This document shows, piece by piece, positions 48,239 to 64,000 of a DNA stretch of 64,000 bases; position 1 is the first letter of the stretch, and each line of letters begins with the position of its first letter. Both the position numbers and the translations under genes were made by a program. Below the pieces are notes generated by a model that worked only from the letters and a program-made list of their open reading frames with translations, searched no databases and was not told the DNA's origin. This DNA comes from the human T2T-CHM13v2.0 reference genome, Homo sapiens. The DNA lies in the NCBI RefSeq assembly GCF_009914755.1, contig NC_060926.1; one strand, written 5' to 3'.

Positions 48239-49996
48239 TAACACATCATTAGACTTCATTTAATTGTCCCTTTTCAATAGGGATGCTCTTTTGAAATAAA
48301 TGTCTCTCTCTCTCTCTCTTTGCAAAAAATCATGAGACCTAAAATCTGGTGAATTTATCATATCACATCACCAAAAGAGTCTGCCTTTAACACACAGAGC
48401 ACCACAGGTTTTGGTAGAAACAATCTAAAAAGCTTTAATTAACTAAGAATCTACTACATCCCAATGTATTTACAATTTATCTTAGTCCAAAGACCATGAT
48501 TTTGTGTCTTGATTGGTGTATTTGTTTTTTTCTGAGTTTTGAAAGAGACCCCCCACTTTGGGCAGGCTCAATTTTTTTAAAGTCATAAATAAGCCTCCCC
48601 GCCCACAGCTTTTTGCAGTAAAACATCTGAGCTTTGTCAGCAGCTCTTTCATCTGGCCCTTGATTTGAAAGGCAAGATAATATACTGGGCCACAGCCTAA
48701 GCTCCAGTAAAAGCCTGACCTTGTGATATAAGTTGTAGCCTAACATCAAATCACACTTATGCATCAGCATACACCATTACTACAACAATAATAATTTCTG
48801 ACAGTATTGAGTGTTTTACCTGTATTAACTTACTTGGTCCTCACAACAAACAGATGAGGTAGCTACTATTTTCATGCTGACTTGATAGATGAAAAATTGG
48901 AGGAAAAGTGAGATTAAGTAACATAACCAAAGTTACACATATTGTGAGTGATGTTGACATGATTGAAACCCAGGTGGTCTGAGCCAGGGCCCATCCTCTT
49001 AATGACTATGTTATACTCTCTCAATTTTGGGCAAGTGAGAAATAAAAAATGCAGTGATGCGAGCTGCATCATCATGCATTTAATTTACTCAAATTCAATT
49101 ATATGTGCTCAATTAAAAATGAAAACTGATTGTCAACTGATCATAGGATATTTAAAAAGAAAAAGAAAACTGAAAATTACAACTTAGTGTACACAATTCC
49201 TCATTTTATTCATCACATACCTACAAGCAGAGAGACGGGGAACTAATTCTTTTGTACCCTCAGTTAATTTCCGTACTTAAATATCCCTCATTAATGACCC
49301 AAGTACTTCTTCTTAATGAGAGTATTTAATTAAACTGAGCATGGCTTTGGTGTAAAGAGTCACATTTTTTCATATAACATTAGCTGTATACAAGTCAACT
49401 ATTTCACCTGGTGCTCAAGTGAAGAATATTCTGCTGCTTCCAGGGAGAGCTGGCTCCCTGTGGAGATGGAAAGGCAGTCCCCACTTGCACCTTCCTAAGA
49501 GATTTATAAGAACAATTTTGACCAATGCCATTTTTGCCTTACATGCTAACTTCAAAATCTGTCTCAGGCCTTAGAAGCAACTCCACTACATGCATCAGCA
49601 CTGTATGTGTTACATCATTAACAGTCGGTAATAGGGGCCACATAATTACAGAATGCAATTCATACTCTTCCAGGCCATCACTGTGGCCTTGCAGACTCTT
49701 CTTATATTCCTAAGAGCATCTCTTCAGTGCTTCCCCACTCTCCACAAGTCTCAGAAAGTTCCACAGCTCAAAAAGATCCAACTCGTAGCAGTTAACAATA
49801 TTACCTCATAACATCGGGGCCATGCAGCATCAATTCTCTCCATGTACTTTACATTGACCACAAAACCCTGTATCCTTATCCAGCCCTTCCTGCTATAAAT
49901 TGGAATCTAGTCTCATCACTTTACTGAAACTGCTCCCTCAAAAGCCACTGATGTCCTGCTTGCCAGATCCAATCACTCCTTGGTCTTCATCGGGGA

Positions 49997-50037
49997 CTCT
50001 CTCTCTCTCTCTCTCTCTCTCTCCCCCCCCCCCCCCC
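49997..50037. repeat. (CT)n followed by a poly-C run
   Basis: Read directly. Confidence 0.9.
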
Positions 50038-50048
50038 GCTCTTTCTGG

Positions 50049-51432
50049 CAGGGATTCTCAACCCTGGCTACGAATTACAAGTTTGTAGTACAAAAAAATC
50101 AACTCAAGATGGATTAAAGACCTATATGTAACACCTGAAACTATAAAAGCCCTGGAAGATAACTTGGGATATACCATTTTGGACATAGGAACTGGCAAAG
50201 AATTCATGATGAAAATGCCAAAAGCAATTGCAATGAAAGCAAAAGTCAATAAATGGGACCTAATTAAACTAAAGAACTCCTGCACAGCAAAATAAACTAT
50301 CAACAGAGTAGAAGAAACCTACAGAATGGGAGATAATATTTGCAAATGATACATCTGACAAAGGTCTGATACCCAGAATCTACAAGGAACTTAAGGGAAC
50401 GTACAAGCAAAAAAAAAACCCATTAAAAAGTGGGCAAATAACATGAACAGACACTTTTCAAAAGACATACATGTTCCAACAAGCATATGAAAAAATGCTC
50501 AATATCACTAGTCATTAGAGAAATGCAAATCAAAACCACGATGAGATATCATCTCACACCAGTCAGAATGGCTATTATAAAAAAGTAAAAACAAACGAAA
50601 AAGCAGATGCTGGTGAGGTTACAGAGAAAGGGGAATGCTTATACACTGCTGGTGGGAGTGTAAATTAGTTCAGTCATTGTGGAAAGCAGTGTGGAGATTC
50701 CTCAAAGAACTAAAAACAGAACTACCATTTGACCCAGCAATCCCACTAATGGGTATATACCCAAAGGAATATAAATCATTTTACCATAAAGACACATGCA
50801 TGCGTATGCTCACTGCAGCACTATCCACAATATCAAAGAAATGAAATCAAACTAAATGCCCATGCACAGTAGACTGGATAAAGAAAATGTGCTATATATA
50901 CATGATGGAATACCATGCAGCCATAAAAAAGAAATACCATGCAGTCATTAAAAAAAATGGCCTCCAGTTCCATGGAGGTCATTATCCTTAGCAAACGAAC
51001 ACAGGAACAGAAAACCAAATACTGCATGTTCTCACTTATAAGTGGGAACTAAATAATGAGAAGACATGGACAGAAATAGGAGAACAAGAGACACTGGGGC
51101 CTACTTGAGGGAGCAGGTTTGGAGGAGAAGAGGTTCAGAAAAAAATAAAAACCTATTGGGTACTATGCTTAGTACTGGAGTGATGAAATAACATGTATAC
51201 TAAGCCCCCAAGTCACAAGTTTACCTATATTACAAACCTGCACATGTACCCCTGAACCTAAAATAAAAGTTAAAATATTTTTTAAAAAGAAGTTTGCAGT
51301 ACAAAGAAAAATAGTGATGCCAGGGCCCCACCCACAGATTCCAATTTAATTGGTCTTGGATTGGCAGAGGCATGGGTATTTGCTTAAAGATCCCCAAGTG
51401 ATTCCAACATGAGCCAAGGTCAAGAATCACTA
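50049..51432. mobile_element. MER5A1-like MITE split by the L1PA insertion
   Basis: CAGGGATTCTCAACCCTGGCT before the L1; GATGCCAGGGCCCCACCC...TTAATTGGTC...CAAGAATCACT after it. Confidence 0.75.
50095..51289 (+). mobile_element. 5'-truncated L1PA (old primate, PA13-16-like): ORF2 end and 3'UTR
   Basis: AACTCAAGATGGATTAAAGAC...ACAAACCTGCACATGTACCCCTGAACCTAAAATAAAAG; ORF 50635-50844 resembles the ORF2 Cys-rich region; TSD AAGTTTG(T/C)AGTACAAA at 50079-50094 and 51290-51305. Confidence 0.93.
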
Positions 51433-51439
51433 CTTTACA

Positions 51440-53135
51440 AAAGTGACCCCACTCATTAACTCACCCCTTCTACTTGAACCTTTCTCTCCTCCCAACATCC
51501 TCCCTTAAGTAGGCCCCAGTGTCTCCTGTTCTCCTCTTTCTGTTCATGTCTTCTCATTATTTAGCTCCCACTTATAAGTGAGAACATGCAGTATTTGGTT
51601 TTCTGTTCCTGTGTTAGTTTGCTAAGGATAATGACCTTATCTTGGTTGCCATGATATCATATTTGCCGGGTATTTCTATTTCTCCTGCTGTTCCCCTTCA
51701 GCTTTCTCCTACTGTTGCTCCTTATCTGGAGTTTCTTTCTCTGATTCCCTTTGCCCTGCCAATTGTTCATTTTCTATTCAACCATTAACTTAAATTTTCT
51801 AACAGTCCCAAATCTCCATATCTAATCTTAAACTCAAGCCTCAGCTCCAAACCCTCACCTCACATAGATGTTATCTCTCTGGAATTCAAATTCCATATGT
51901 CCAAAATTATCGTACTGTGTTAATTGCCTCTCTCTCCCTTTTCCACAGTAGCTATTTCAAACTTTCTGCATTTTCCTCAGACTCCTCATTCTCCTCATTC
52001 TGCTGCTTTGTTTGCAGCAGAAAACTCTGCTCCTACTTCACAGAGAAAATAGAAGCCATTAGCCTCTCTTAACTTGATCCCAACCCAATGCAGTCACCTA
52101 CACATGCACTTTCTCTGCACCCAACCCATCTGGGGCTTTTGTTTTCAGCCTCACTGGAGATCAGGATCTATCAATTATTTCCCTTCTCTCTTCTGGATCC
52201 TTCCCATCAATATCTAAACATGTCGATGTCCTTCCCCATTTTCAAAAAAGAAACTCAGAAAACTGTTCAACTCCACATATTCTCCTAAATACCACCATCT
52301 TTCTTTTCTTTGCAGTGAAAATTCCTAACAAGCTGTCTCCATCCACTTTTTCCCCTTCTCAGTCTCTTTTGGAGGCCCCTCTCCCTCAGGTATTCCTCAC
52401 GATGCTGTCCTCACTTGTTCGCTTATATGCTCTTCCTGTACACTCTCATCTGCTCCCATGATGTCAACTGTGAGCTATGTCCTGATGCCTCTTAAGTTTA
52501 TCTCCAGCCAGATCTTTGATGACATTCAGATTTACAACGTCAAATGCCTAACTCTACTTCTCTTCTGAGATGTCTTATGGGTATTTTAAATTCAACATGT
52601 CCAAAACAGAACTCATTCTCTTCTCCATGCCTCTCCTGAAACCTGGTCCAATTTCTCTCTCACTGAAAGTCATCATCATCATCCATCCAGTCTCCCAACT
52701 CAGAAACTGGGGCACAATCCTTCTCTCCTCCTCTTTCCAAGCCCACCACATTGCAAGCACCAAGGTCTGCCCATTCCACCCCAACCACCCCAACTGCTTC
52801 ATTTCAGTTCAGGCGGAGATGCTCTCTTGCTTGAATTTCACTGGAACAGAACTCCAGCTAGCCAGCGCAATCCCTCTACAAATGTGGATCTGATCATGTC
52901 ACTCAGCTGCTGGGGATGAATAAGACACTTAATAAAAGTCCAAACTCTTCGGAAGAACACATACGGTGTTAGCCTTGCCTGCTCTTTAACATCCTCTCTC
53001 TCCACTGCCCCTACTCCTGCTCTCAGATCCCAGGAATTTCTTGGTCCAAGAGATGCACCACATATGCTCTCTCACCCGAAGGCCTTTGCAATATTCTTTT
53101 TGTCCTCTCCAATTTACTCAACTGTCCCTCCTGTT
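51440..53135 (+). mobile_element. L2 fragments
   Basis: CCTACTTCACAGAGAAAATAGAAGCCAT; AAATTCAACATGTCCAAAACAGAACTCAT; TCTGATCATGTCACTC. Confidence 0.75.
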
Positions 53136-53142
53136 CGCTCTG

Positions 53143-53476
<334 letters not shown>

Positions 53477-54358
53477 CCCTCTGATTTTAAATGCTGTATT
53501 TATCATATGTTAAATTTGGTTCTTTCTAGAGCAGGGTTTATAAGAAGAAAAAGAGAAAAAAAAAGAAAAAAATTTCGTTCTAAGTCCTTTTTTTTTTCCT
53601 GGATTCTATTCTGTTTCAGTGATCTGTTTGTCTCTTCTTGTGCTAATGCCATAATGTTTAAATTTAAGATATACTTTTATACCTGGTAGGACTATTCCTC
53701 TCAATCTTCTTCATTCAAATTATGAGGAACCTCAGACTAAGTTTATCAAATTAAAATTCCACTGGGACTTTTGGTTGGAATTACACTGAATCTACAGATC
53801 CCTTCAGGGAAAACTAACATTTTCTCTTCTAGGAATATGTTTCTCCATGAATTTAATTCTTCAATAAATATTTTTTGCAATATGTGTCTTACAGAATTAT
53901 TAATTTTTTTCTTGGGTATTTTATAATTTTAATTGCTATGGTGATTGGAGTTTTATTTCTTTAAATTCATCACTGGTGACGTACCGGAGAGGTGTTGACT
54001 TCTGTATAGTTACTTTGTATCTGGCCACCTTACTGTTTTATCAGTACTCCAGGAGACTGAAAGAGTATTTGGTTCCACAGGAAAGAAGAAGACAACAGTT
54101 GAAGCAGGTTTGTAGGCAAAATAATGAAGTCCATTTAAGAAAGACTGGGTTAAAATGACAATATTATATTTAGCTGAAGATGTCATGAAAGTATACAGAA
54201 ATAGAGAACTGAAGCAGAGGGGAGAGGTGTGGGCTGGACAAGATGTAGGAGTCACACGCATACAGGTAAGAGGTGAAAATACTCCTTAAGGCAATGTCAT
54301 GCCAGGATTAATGAAGAAAAAATGTTTCTCTATTCTAAAATCTTCTATTAAAAATAGA

Positions 54359-54663
54359 GGCCAGGCGCAGTGGCTCACACCTGTAATCCCAGCACTTTGA
54401 GAAGTTGAGGCAGGAGGATCACCTAAGGTTAGGAGTTTGAGACCAGCCTGGCCAACATGGCAAAACCCCTTCTCTGCTAAAAATATAAAACTTAGCCAGG
54501 CATGGTGGCGGGAGCCTGTAATCCCAGCTACCCAGGAGGCTGAGGCAGGAGACTCGCTTGAACCTGGTAGATGGAGCTTGCAGTGGGCCAACATCACGCC
54601 ACTGCATTCTGGCCTGGGACACACAGCGATATTCTGTCTCAAAAATTAAAATAAAAAAAAAAG
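54359..54663 (+). mobile_element. AluS
   Basis: Full dimer. Confidence 0.93.
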
Positions 54664-56226
54664 ACAGAAAATACATTTTTATATTGTGTGGTGGTTTCAT
54701 ATTACAGTTATGGAGTACAGACATGTAAAGTGTACTTTTCCAAAAGAATTTCAGGAGACCAAGGGTGGGGTCTCCTGACTTTAGATATGACTACTACATT
54801 ACTACCATGGGATTCATGTGAAAAAAAGATTCTGACGATCAAACGTAAAGGCAGGAAACGGGTGGAGGGAAGAGGAAATGCTGAACTACAAGGTCATGGT
54901 CAGGAAACCAATTTGGCAAGGTATGTGGAAAACCAAGGCATATAGAATCAAATACCACATACAGTAGTGCGCAGCCCAAAGCCAGCTTTGTTTTCAGTAG
55001 CAGGACTCAAATGGCAGAGTGAAGGCCAGCGCCTGCCGTTGACAGTGGGAACCTCCTCAAAATTCCCTGTTGAGCTAATTTTCTTTTAGTCACTCTTACT
55101 GCTAAGACAGGCTTTTTAATGGATCCCAGACAAAAAGCTGTCTAGGTCCTAAGAAACGCATTAGTAATAAATGCCTATTGTTGGTAGCTAGCAATGTATA
55201 CAAAATCTCCTTTTCATTCATTTCCATTATTTGTTAAATAAGTCAAAGAACAATATTTGTAAATCACAAAATAAAAGAAAATTAAGATATAGTATGTACA
55301 GTTAGATCCTAATTTTATGAAAGGTGTGTGTGTTCATTGAAAAAACAAGAAGGACATTTATCAAAATGTTAAAAGTGAGTATCAGTAAGGAGTAAAATGC
55401 AGGAGTTTTTATTTTTTAATGTATTCTTTTCTGCATTTTTACATAGTTTTCCACAATGAATATATATTGATGTGGTAATAAGGAAAAATACAAGTGTTAT
55501 AAAAAACATAAATCAAAATTGTAATATCAAAGGAAAATAATCGCAACTGTAATGCAGAATTTTAGACGACTCAGGAAGATAGGAATCCTGATTAAATCTC
55601 CAAATTTTCAGAATATGAGTAATAAAATACAGGAAGATGTACACCTAAATTTCTCCTTTGGAGAAAGCCGGAATAAAACAGTCTTTTAAGGACTAAGTGT
55701 GAAATCCACAAAAGTAAGTGTAACAGCATGAAAAGGGAAGGTAACTGACACTCTCATGATGCAGAGAGAATAAAGAAGAGGTCGGAGAAGACAAGTAGCT
55801 CAGAAACGACCCCTTAAAAACAGCATACTTTTTGGGAAATGAATCCAGCATCTCTCTCAAATGATAAGGTCTACAGAGTTAACAGTGTCTTCTCCATATG
55901 AAGTGATTGCTAGGTGCTATAGGGGATATAAAGAATTACTCACAGCCTTATGGGAGCTAGTGTTAATAGGGGTGGAAGTAGGGAAAGAAAGTAAGTCAAT
56001 AGTAATGCATTATAATAATGAGAAGTAGCACAGCATGGCAGGTAAGAGTGGGCTCTAGAGTCTGAAGCTTTTCAGCTGCGTGACCTCGAGCAAGTCACTT
56101 AACTTCTCTGTCTTAGATTCTTCACCTGTAAAATAATAGCAGTATTACCTCATAGGGTTGAAGGGAAGGGCTGGTGAAAACATGAAGAGCTTAGGACAGT
56201 CCCTGGCATATATTAAAACACTTGCT

Positions 56227-56894
<668 letters not shown>

Positions 56895-57824
56895 TTATAT
56901 CAAATAAGGTAGGCATTATTCATCCTGTTTATAGACGAGGAAACTGAGAATCAGAGAATTAGGCAATTTTGGGTAAGATCTAGAGAGCGGGGGAACAGAG
57001 TTGTGATTTGAGCCCCCATCTGCCTGAACACGAAGCTTGTGACTTTTATTACTACTATTACTGTGAAACAATAGCACCTAACATTTGTCTAGTGCTCACT
57101 CTATACCAATTATTATTGTACATATAATTGCAATTTTTCTCACAAGATATCATTTGACCCCATTTTACAGAAAGCAGCAGCCTATGCTTCGAGAGGCCTG
57201 CACCCACGCTGGAAATCACTGAGTTGTAAGTAAGTGGTAAAGGCAAGATAGGAGTCTACATCTGCTTGTTCCTAGTGCCAGAGCTCACCACCCCTGGCTA
57301 GTGGTGCTTCAGCTGTGGAGCTTTAAAAAACAAGAGATTCCAGAGGGTCCTACACCTAGAGGTTTCTGAGCAGGTGGCTCTGGGCCAGGGGCCTTGGCCA
57401 CCCACTTTATCTCCTTGCCAGTGGTTCTCATGAGACTGCAAAAATATGTTGTGTTGTAGGTGTTAAATGCCAAGGTGAAAAGCTTCTGCTCAATTCATCT
57501 AGAAATGGGGAGTCAATTAAGGTTTTTCAGTGAGGTTTTTCAATAACCAGTGTTTTAGAAAAATTAATCTAGGAGTAATGAATAGGATGGACTAGAGGGG
57601 AAAGAAAAGTGTGGCAAAGACCGACTGGTTAGGAAGCTATTCTAGGCCACAAAGTTTCTTTTAGTCTTAATAAACCCATGTATCAGACAACAGAAAAATG
57701 AATCCTTGGGAAAGACCCATCTAAACATAGAAAGATTTGCAGCTTGGAGAAAAATGTACTTCAGTATTCCAGATCTATATACACTGGCTGAAGTAAAAAT
57801 CAGGTTGTTCCTTTTTAAAAATTA

Positions 57825-58165
<341 letters not shown>

Positions 58166-58345
58166 TTATAAAGTAAATTCTGAGACATACTAGATATGTA
58201 AATATGGTTGACTGACCTAAAATATTATAAAGAAAAGAAAATTAGAATTGTATAGTGATTTATAGGTTTAACAAACTAGTGATATAAGCTTTCTGGAAAT
58301 AATGAATCTAAGATAATGTGTGGAGTTTTAAAATATATAATAAAA

Positions 58346-58650
58346 TGGGAGGCCAAGGCAGGAGGATCACGTGAGCCCAGGAGTTTAAGACTAGCCTGGG
58401 CAACATAGTGAGACCTCATCTCTATAAAAAATAAACAAAGTTAGCTTGGCATGCTGGCATGCACATGTGGTCCCAACTACTTGGGGAGCTGAGGTGGGAG
58501 GATCGCTTGGGCCGGGGAGGTGGAGGCTACAGTGAGCCATGATCACAATACTGTACTCCAACCTGAGTGATGGAGGAGATCTTGTTTCAAATATATATAT
58601 ATAATAAATATAAAATAAAATAAGTATATAAAATAAAATAAAATAAAAGA
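58346..58650 (+). mobile_element. 5'-truncated AluJ with AT-rich tail
   Basis: Starts TGGGAGGCC; J diagnostics. Confidence 0.9.
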
Positions 58651-60941
58651 TATAGCTTATTTAGATATAAAAGATATAGCTTTTATATTTTATTTTATAA
58701 AAAAAGATATAGCTTATTTAGATAGTTATACATTCATGAAGTGAATTTATTTTTAAATGATGTAAATGTATTTATGTGATGTTAAATTTAAGGGAATAAT
58801 AGTTTTTATCAATTTGGGATTTAAAAACTATAATCAAAACTGTGGTAAAATAAGAAACCTCCATAGTTGCTAGGTTTATTATCATTAGAGCGTTGAGCAG
58901 ATAAAGTACTCATTTTCAGAAAGGAACTGGGACAAGCACCATAAAGATATCATACCCTTGACTCAATAAATATGCTCCTAGGAATCTATTCTAGGGAAGT
59001 AATGGAAGGAAAGCAAAAAGGCATATGTAGAAGATAAACAATGCATTGTTTCTCTAGTACCTAAAAATAAGAAATAATAATCAAGTATTAGAGAACTGCT
59101 TGATAAATTATGAATACATATAATAAAATATTTATAATATTACATTTTTATTCTAAAAATGAGATCGACATACAAAAGTATCACTGTTATATTTTAAGTG
59201 CTTATTCTGGGATACAGCATTGTATGTATATTATTTACAACTGCATAAAAACATACATACATGGAATAAGGCAAAAGACAAATATAAAAATAGTTCAATG
59301 GCTGTGATTGGGTATCCTTTATCAAATTAAAAATGTCTAATGTTTTTCTATTGTCTTCATATCTATATTAATTTTTCAACTCTATTAAAGCAGAGGAAAC
59401 TTCTTAAGGGAAAGCCACCTTCCTACCCCCTAATCTCACTGATTATGACTTCTATCATGCACAGTTTTGCCTTATTAGTCTCATTTCTAAGGCAGCACTA
59501 ACAGTAGCCATTCTTCTCACTTTTAACATTTATATTAACTGGAAATAACACAAATCGCTGTCCCTTTCCAAGACTCTGAGTCTGTCCAGGGCTAAGCCAG
59601 GGTGCTTCTATACCTACACACCTTCCCTACTTTCTGGATATGAGAGTCCTGCAGCCACATGGATTGGCTTCCGATGAATCTCTTCCTATTTCTAAACAGA
59701 GTATTTCTCTGTGCTTATTAGTGGAAAAGCACCTATACTCTCCTGAAGAGTTCATTTTATCTAGGCCATTAGATAAAGAATGCCTGACAAAGGGAGAATG
59801 AGATTCGGGGAAATAATAGCTGCGGATGGTTTTCCAGGGAAGTCTTTCCTGTTGCTGGGTTTTTAGAAGTAATCTGGGAGGAATCAGCAGTTATGAGAAG
59901 GTTGCAATTGAAACATCTTCTCTTAAACAATTTTTCCAATATTCCAGACTCAGCTTCAGAAAAAAATTCTCAGCCAAAAAAAAAGGTAGTTTTCAAAAAA
60001 TATTCTAGCTTTTTTTCTGTGCCTTTGCATCTCTAAAAATAACCCAAACAGTGGTTTGAAATGGGCCAACATAGATCTTGCGGAATAAAATGTAGAGAGT
60101 ATGCAACAGAGGGTGGAGTAAAAGAATGAGCTCCCCCTCGGATCCAGCCGCCTCCCCTCCTGTTTCCCATTCTCATCATGTCAGCCCAACCACCATTGTT
60201 CATTGTTTAACACACACTGTTCCCTCACTCCTTCACACAGCCCCTTTTCTTCAGAAAAGACATATGTCCATGAGAACATATCCGCTTCCAGTCCTCTCCC
60301 CTCAGTTTACTGTCATTCAGCTTCCTAAAAGACAGCTCTGTCCACATCACCCTCCTCAAGACCTACGTTAACTTGCCATATTCCTTAGCATGAACTTCAC
60401 GTCTCTCCCATCTGGTCCATCTATTGTCCCCGCTTTTTAGTTAGAATTTCTTTCCTTAACATTCTCTCTGCTTCAATCACCCAGCACAAGGAACTACTTC
60501 CTGTATATATGGCTTGGGCTTTGCCATTTCCAAGTCTTTCCCTGCAATTCCCTCTCTCTGAAATATCTCTCCCCTGCTTCACCCCTACGGTCCAAAACCC
60601 TAGCTGTCCTTTAGGATCCAGTTCAAATGGTACTTCCTTCAAAAAGCCTTCCCTGCTAGCACTGAAATGTTTTGTCCTTCCTCTGAACTGTCATCCTAAT
60701 TTGTACCTCTATTTGGCATTCATAAAATCTCGGAAATTTTATACTTAATTGTGAATAAATTTTACCCCACCATTGACAATAGCATTTATTCTGCACTCCT
60801 TATGATTGCTGAATCAAAGAAAGACTGTTCTGGTGAAGTTAAAACTGCATATGCACATTCGTGTGTGTGTGCGTGGGTGGGTGGGTGTCTGTGTGTCTGT
60901 GTGTCCGTGTATAGTTCGCACTTGTTTAGAAGATAGAATGG

Positions 60942-61303
<362 letters not shown>

Positions 61304-63727
61304 TCAAGTGCTTCTCACCCTGGCTGTGTATCAGTTACCTGAGGTGCTTCTGAGTCTCACCCCTTAGAGATTCACATTTGAGGGACTAGGGCAGGCCCCT
61401 TAATGCACAGTATTAATAGTCTAGGCCTGAATTTAGGGTTCTAACAATGAGTAAGTGGTTCAGCTGCAGGAAGAATACACCCATTCCCACTTTTTAGAAT
61501 TCTCCTCCCCATTTCCCAGGTCCATATGATGTTATAAATCTCCTGAGTTCCCCATCCTGACCTGCCTTTTTCCCTAACATCTCCATGCTAAAAGTTCCCA
61601 ACTGTCCCACTCCTCTCAAAATGTCAGTGCCTCCAGGGAGTAAAGTTCTAGTTGATATTTGAAATAAAGCACATAAATCATAAAAATAATTTATGATATA
61701 TAGATCATTTAAAAACTTTCAGTTTGCATATACATTAAGAGCTACTGTCTAGTAAGAGCTTAGTACGTCTTTGGCATGGGGTCATGTACACTGTATGTAT
61801 ACAGATCTTCATTTAATCCTTAGAGTAACCCTGGGAGGTAGGTACAATCATCCCCATTCACAGAAGACAAAATAGACTTGACAGGCGAGGTGAACCAACC
61901 TGCCCAAAGGTCACACCACTGGGAGGTAGTAACGCCCAATTTCAAGTCTGAAGTGTCAGACTCCAAAGCTCATGCTCTTAACCTTTTTGACATATGTTAA
62001 AGAAGACGCTTGTTACCCTAAACTTGTTACTCTGTTCAGTGGCACTTGACAAGGATAAATAAGAAAAACTCCAACAGCAAGCAAGAGGGCAGGAAAGCAC
62101 CACAATAGGTCCAGATGGGCTCTGTTCCTGGGATCTGCTCCCCTGGTTACAGTTTCCATAACTTTTCCTCCTTCCTCTGCTCTGACCCTCTCATTCTCTA
62201 CAAGCACTGACAATGCCTTCTGTGGCAGCAGCATCTGGGCCTGGTTAGATGGGGAAAACTGGGGCAAGAGCAGCAGCCATTTGTATGTAGGGGAGGCTTA
62301 TAATTAGAGACTGCCCTATTTGAAATGCATCAGGAAAATTGCAATTAGCAGATTCATTTATTAGATTTCTGTTATATTTCACTTGTGAAACACTTGGATT
62401 AAGACCTTATGCCTTACAAATAATATCCTGCCAGGATTTAGTGAGAAAAGTATTTACTGAATCGGGATTCTGTATTGTGAAATACAGGGTCTATAATGTT
62501 CAAAAACGTTTTTATTTATTCAGAGACACCAACATCAACAAAAGTAAATCTTATTTTTTAAAAAAGATTAGCCTGGACAAACTATATAAAGAGCCTCAAT
62601 TTATTTTCTAATTACCTCATTCTTTTGCCAGATATTCTTAGCTGCTTTTGCAAGGATTTTACGTGTCCATTTAAATCAGAGTGAGTTCTGTGAGGACGCC
62701 ATCCCACATACACAACAGAGCCCGGGCAATCTTTGCTAATCTGTTGCAACCAAGCTAGAATAATTCTTTCCTCTTACTGCATACACTCTTGCATACCACC
62801 CAGGCCCCGAGTGGGTGAACCAATGCCAAGGAACAGGAAGATATTCCTGTTGGGAGATCAGGTACATCTCAAAGTTAATCGCTTTTATCCACAGCCCAAC
62901 TACACCGCTTTCCAGTCATCTTGACAGCTGATAAATGGAGAATTAACATGCCTCTCACTTATAGCACCGGGGTTCATGCTGACAACTATGCTTAGTAGCA
63001 GAGATGCACACCTCAACGGACTCCATTTCTAACAGACAAAACTGAAATTTAATTTAGTCTTTGTGGTCTCCTAAATGTTCTCATTTCAAGTCTCAGAATG
63101 TAAAGAAGCACAGCAGATGATGCCAACACATATATAGGGCAGACCAAAGACAAGAGAGCTTGGCTTGCTGCATGATGACCCACGAGGCAGGGACAAAAAG
63201 GTCCTCATTTTGATGGCTATCCTGAATTGCTTACAATTAAACCAGCTTTGTGGGAAAAGCAAATTCTAAGAGTCATGAACTAGACTAGTTCTGGCTTTGC
63301 TACTGAATTAGTTATATGTAAGTCACTGATATTTTCTATGCCTCAATCTTCTTATCTATAAAATGGAAGTATTAGTACCTGTTATGCCTAATTCATAGCG
63401 TTGAAGAGAGAAAATGAGACAACTGAAGCGAATGTGTTCCTAAAATTCTAAAGGCATGACCATAAGCCATTTAATACAGCAGGGCCAAAATCTTACTATA
63501 TTTTATTTTACTTACAAAGCCACCATAGTTTTATGACTTAGTAACAGCAAAGTTATTAAGCAAGTTAGAAATGGTTTTATTCTACACTTTGCGTTCTTAC
63601 TCGTCACTCTTCATTTTGTTCCCCTTCCAGAAAATAATGATGGTGGGAATTGCTTCTATGGTAAGGTTGCTAAATCTCAAGTAACTAAGCACAATATAAA
63701 GCTGTCGATTTTTTAAAAATGTACTCC

Positions 63728-64000
<273 letters not shown>

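Noticed and set aside
50058-51027. ORFs within the L1PA
   Set aside because: Disrupted ORF2 remnants and antisense shadows; the element is 5'-truncated and inactive.

Overview
Primate (very probably human) repeat-rich non-coding DNA with no intact protein-coding gene or RNA gene that I can recognise. It holds about 35 Alu copies or monomers, old L1, L2 and MIR fragments, solo LTRs (MLT1, THE1, MER68, LTR16/LTR33-like) and DNA-transposon MITEs. There is one near full-length processed RPS10 pseudogene (+, 9010-9569) with a 16-bp TSD, a nonsense codon and a 36-nt microhomology deletion. Apart from the ORFs over RPS10, none in the track resembles a recognisable protein. Apparent strand asymmetry and several well-formed minus-strand exon-like units suggest a large intron of a minus-strand gene, which I cannot name. 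I found no convincing new biological system. The most unusual signals are several locally templated inverted insertions (50976-51637, 45071-46556), two orphan GC-richer inserts inside old repeats (one hairpin-forming, one promoter-like), and candidate cryptic or micro-exons. Repeat family names come from remembered consensus sequences and most boundaries are approximate.
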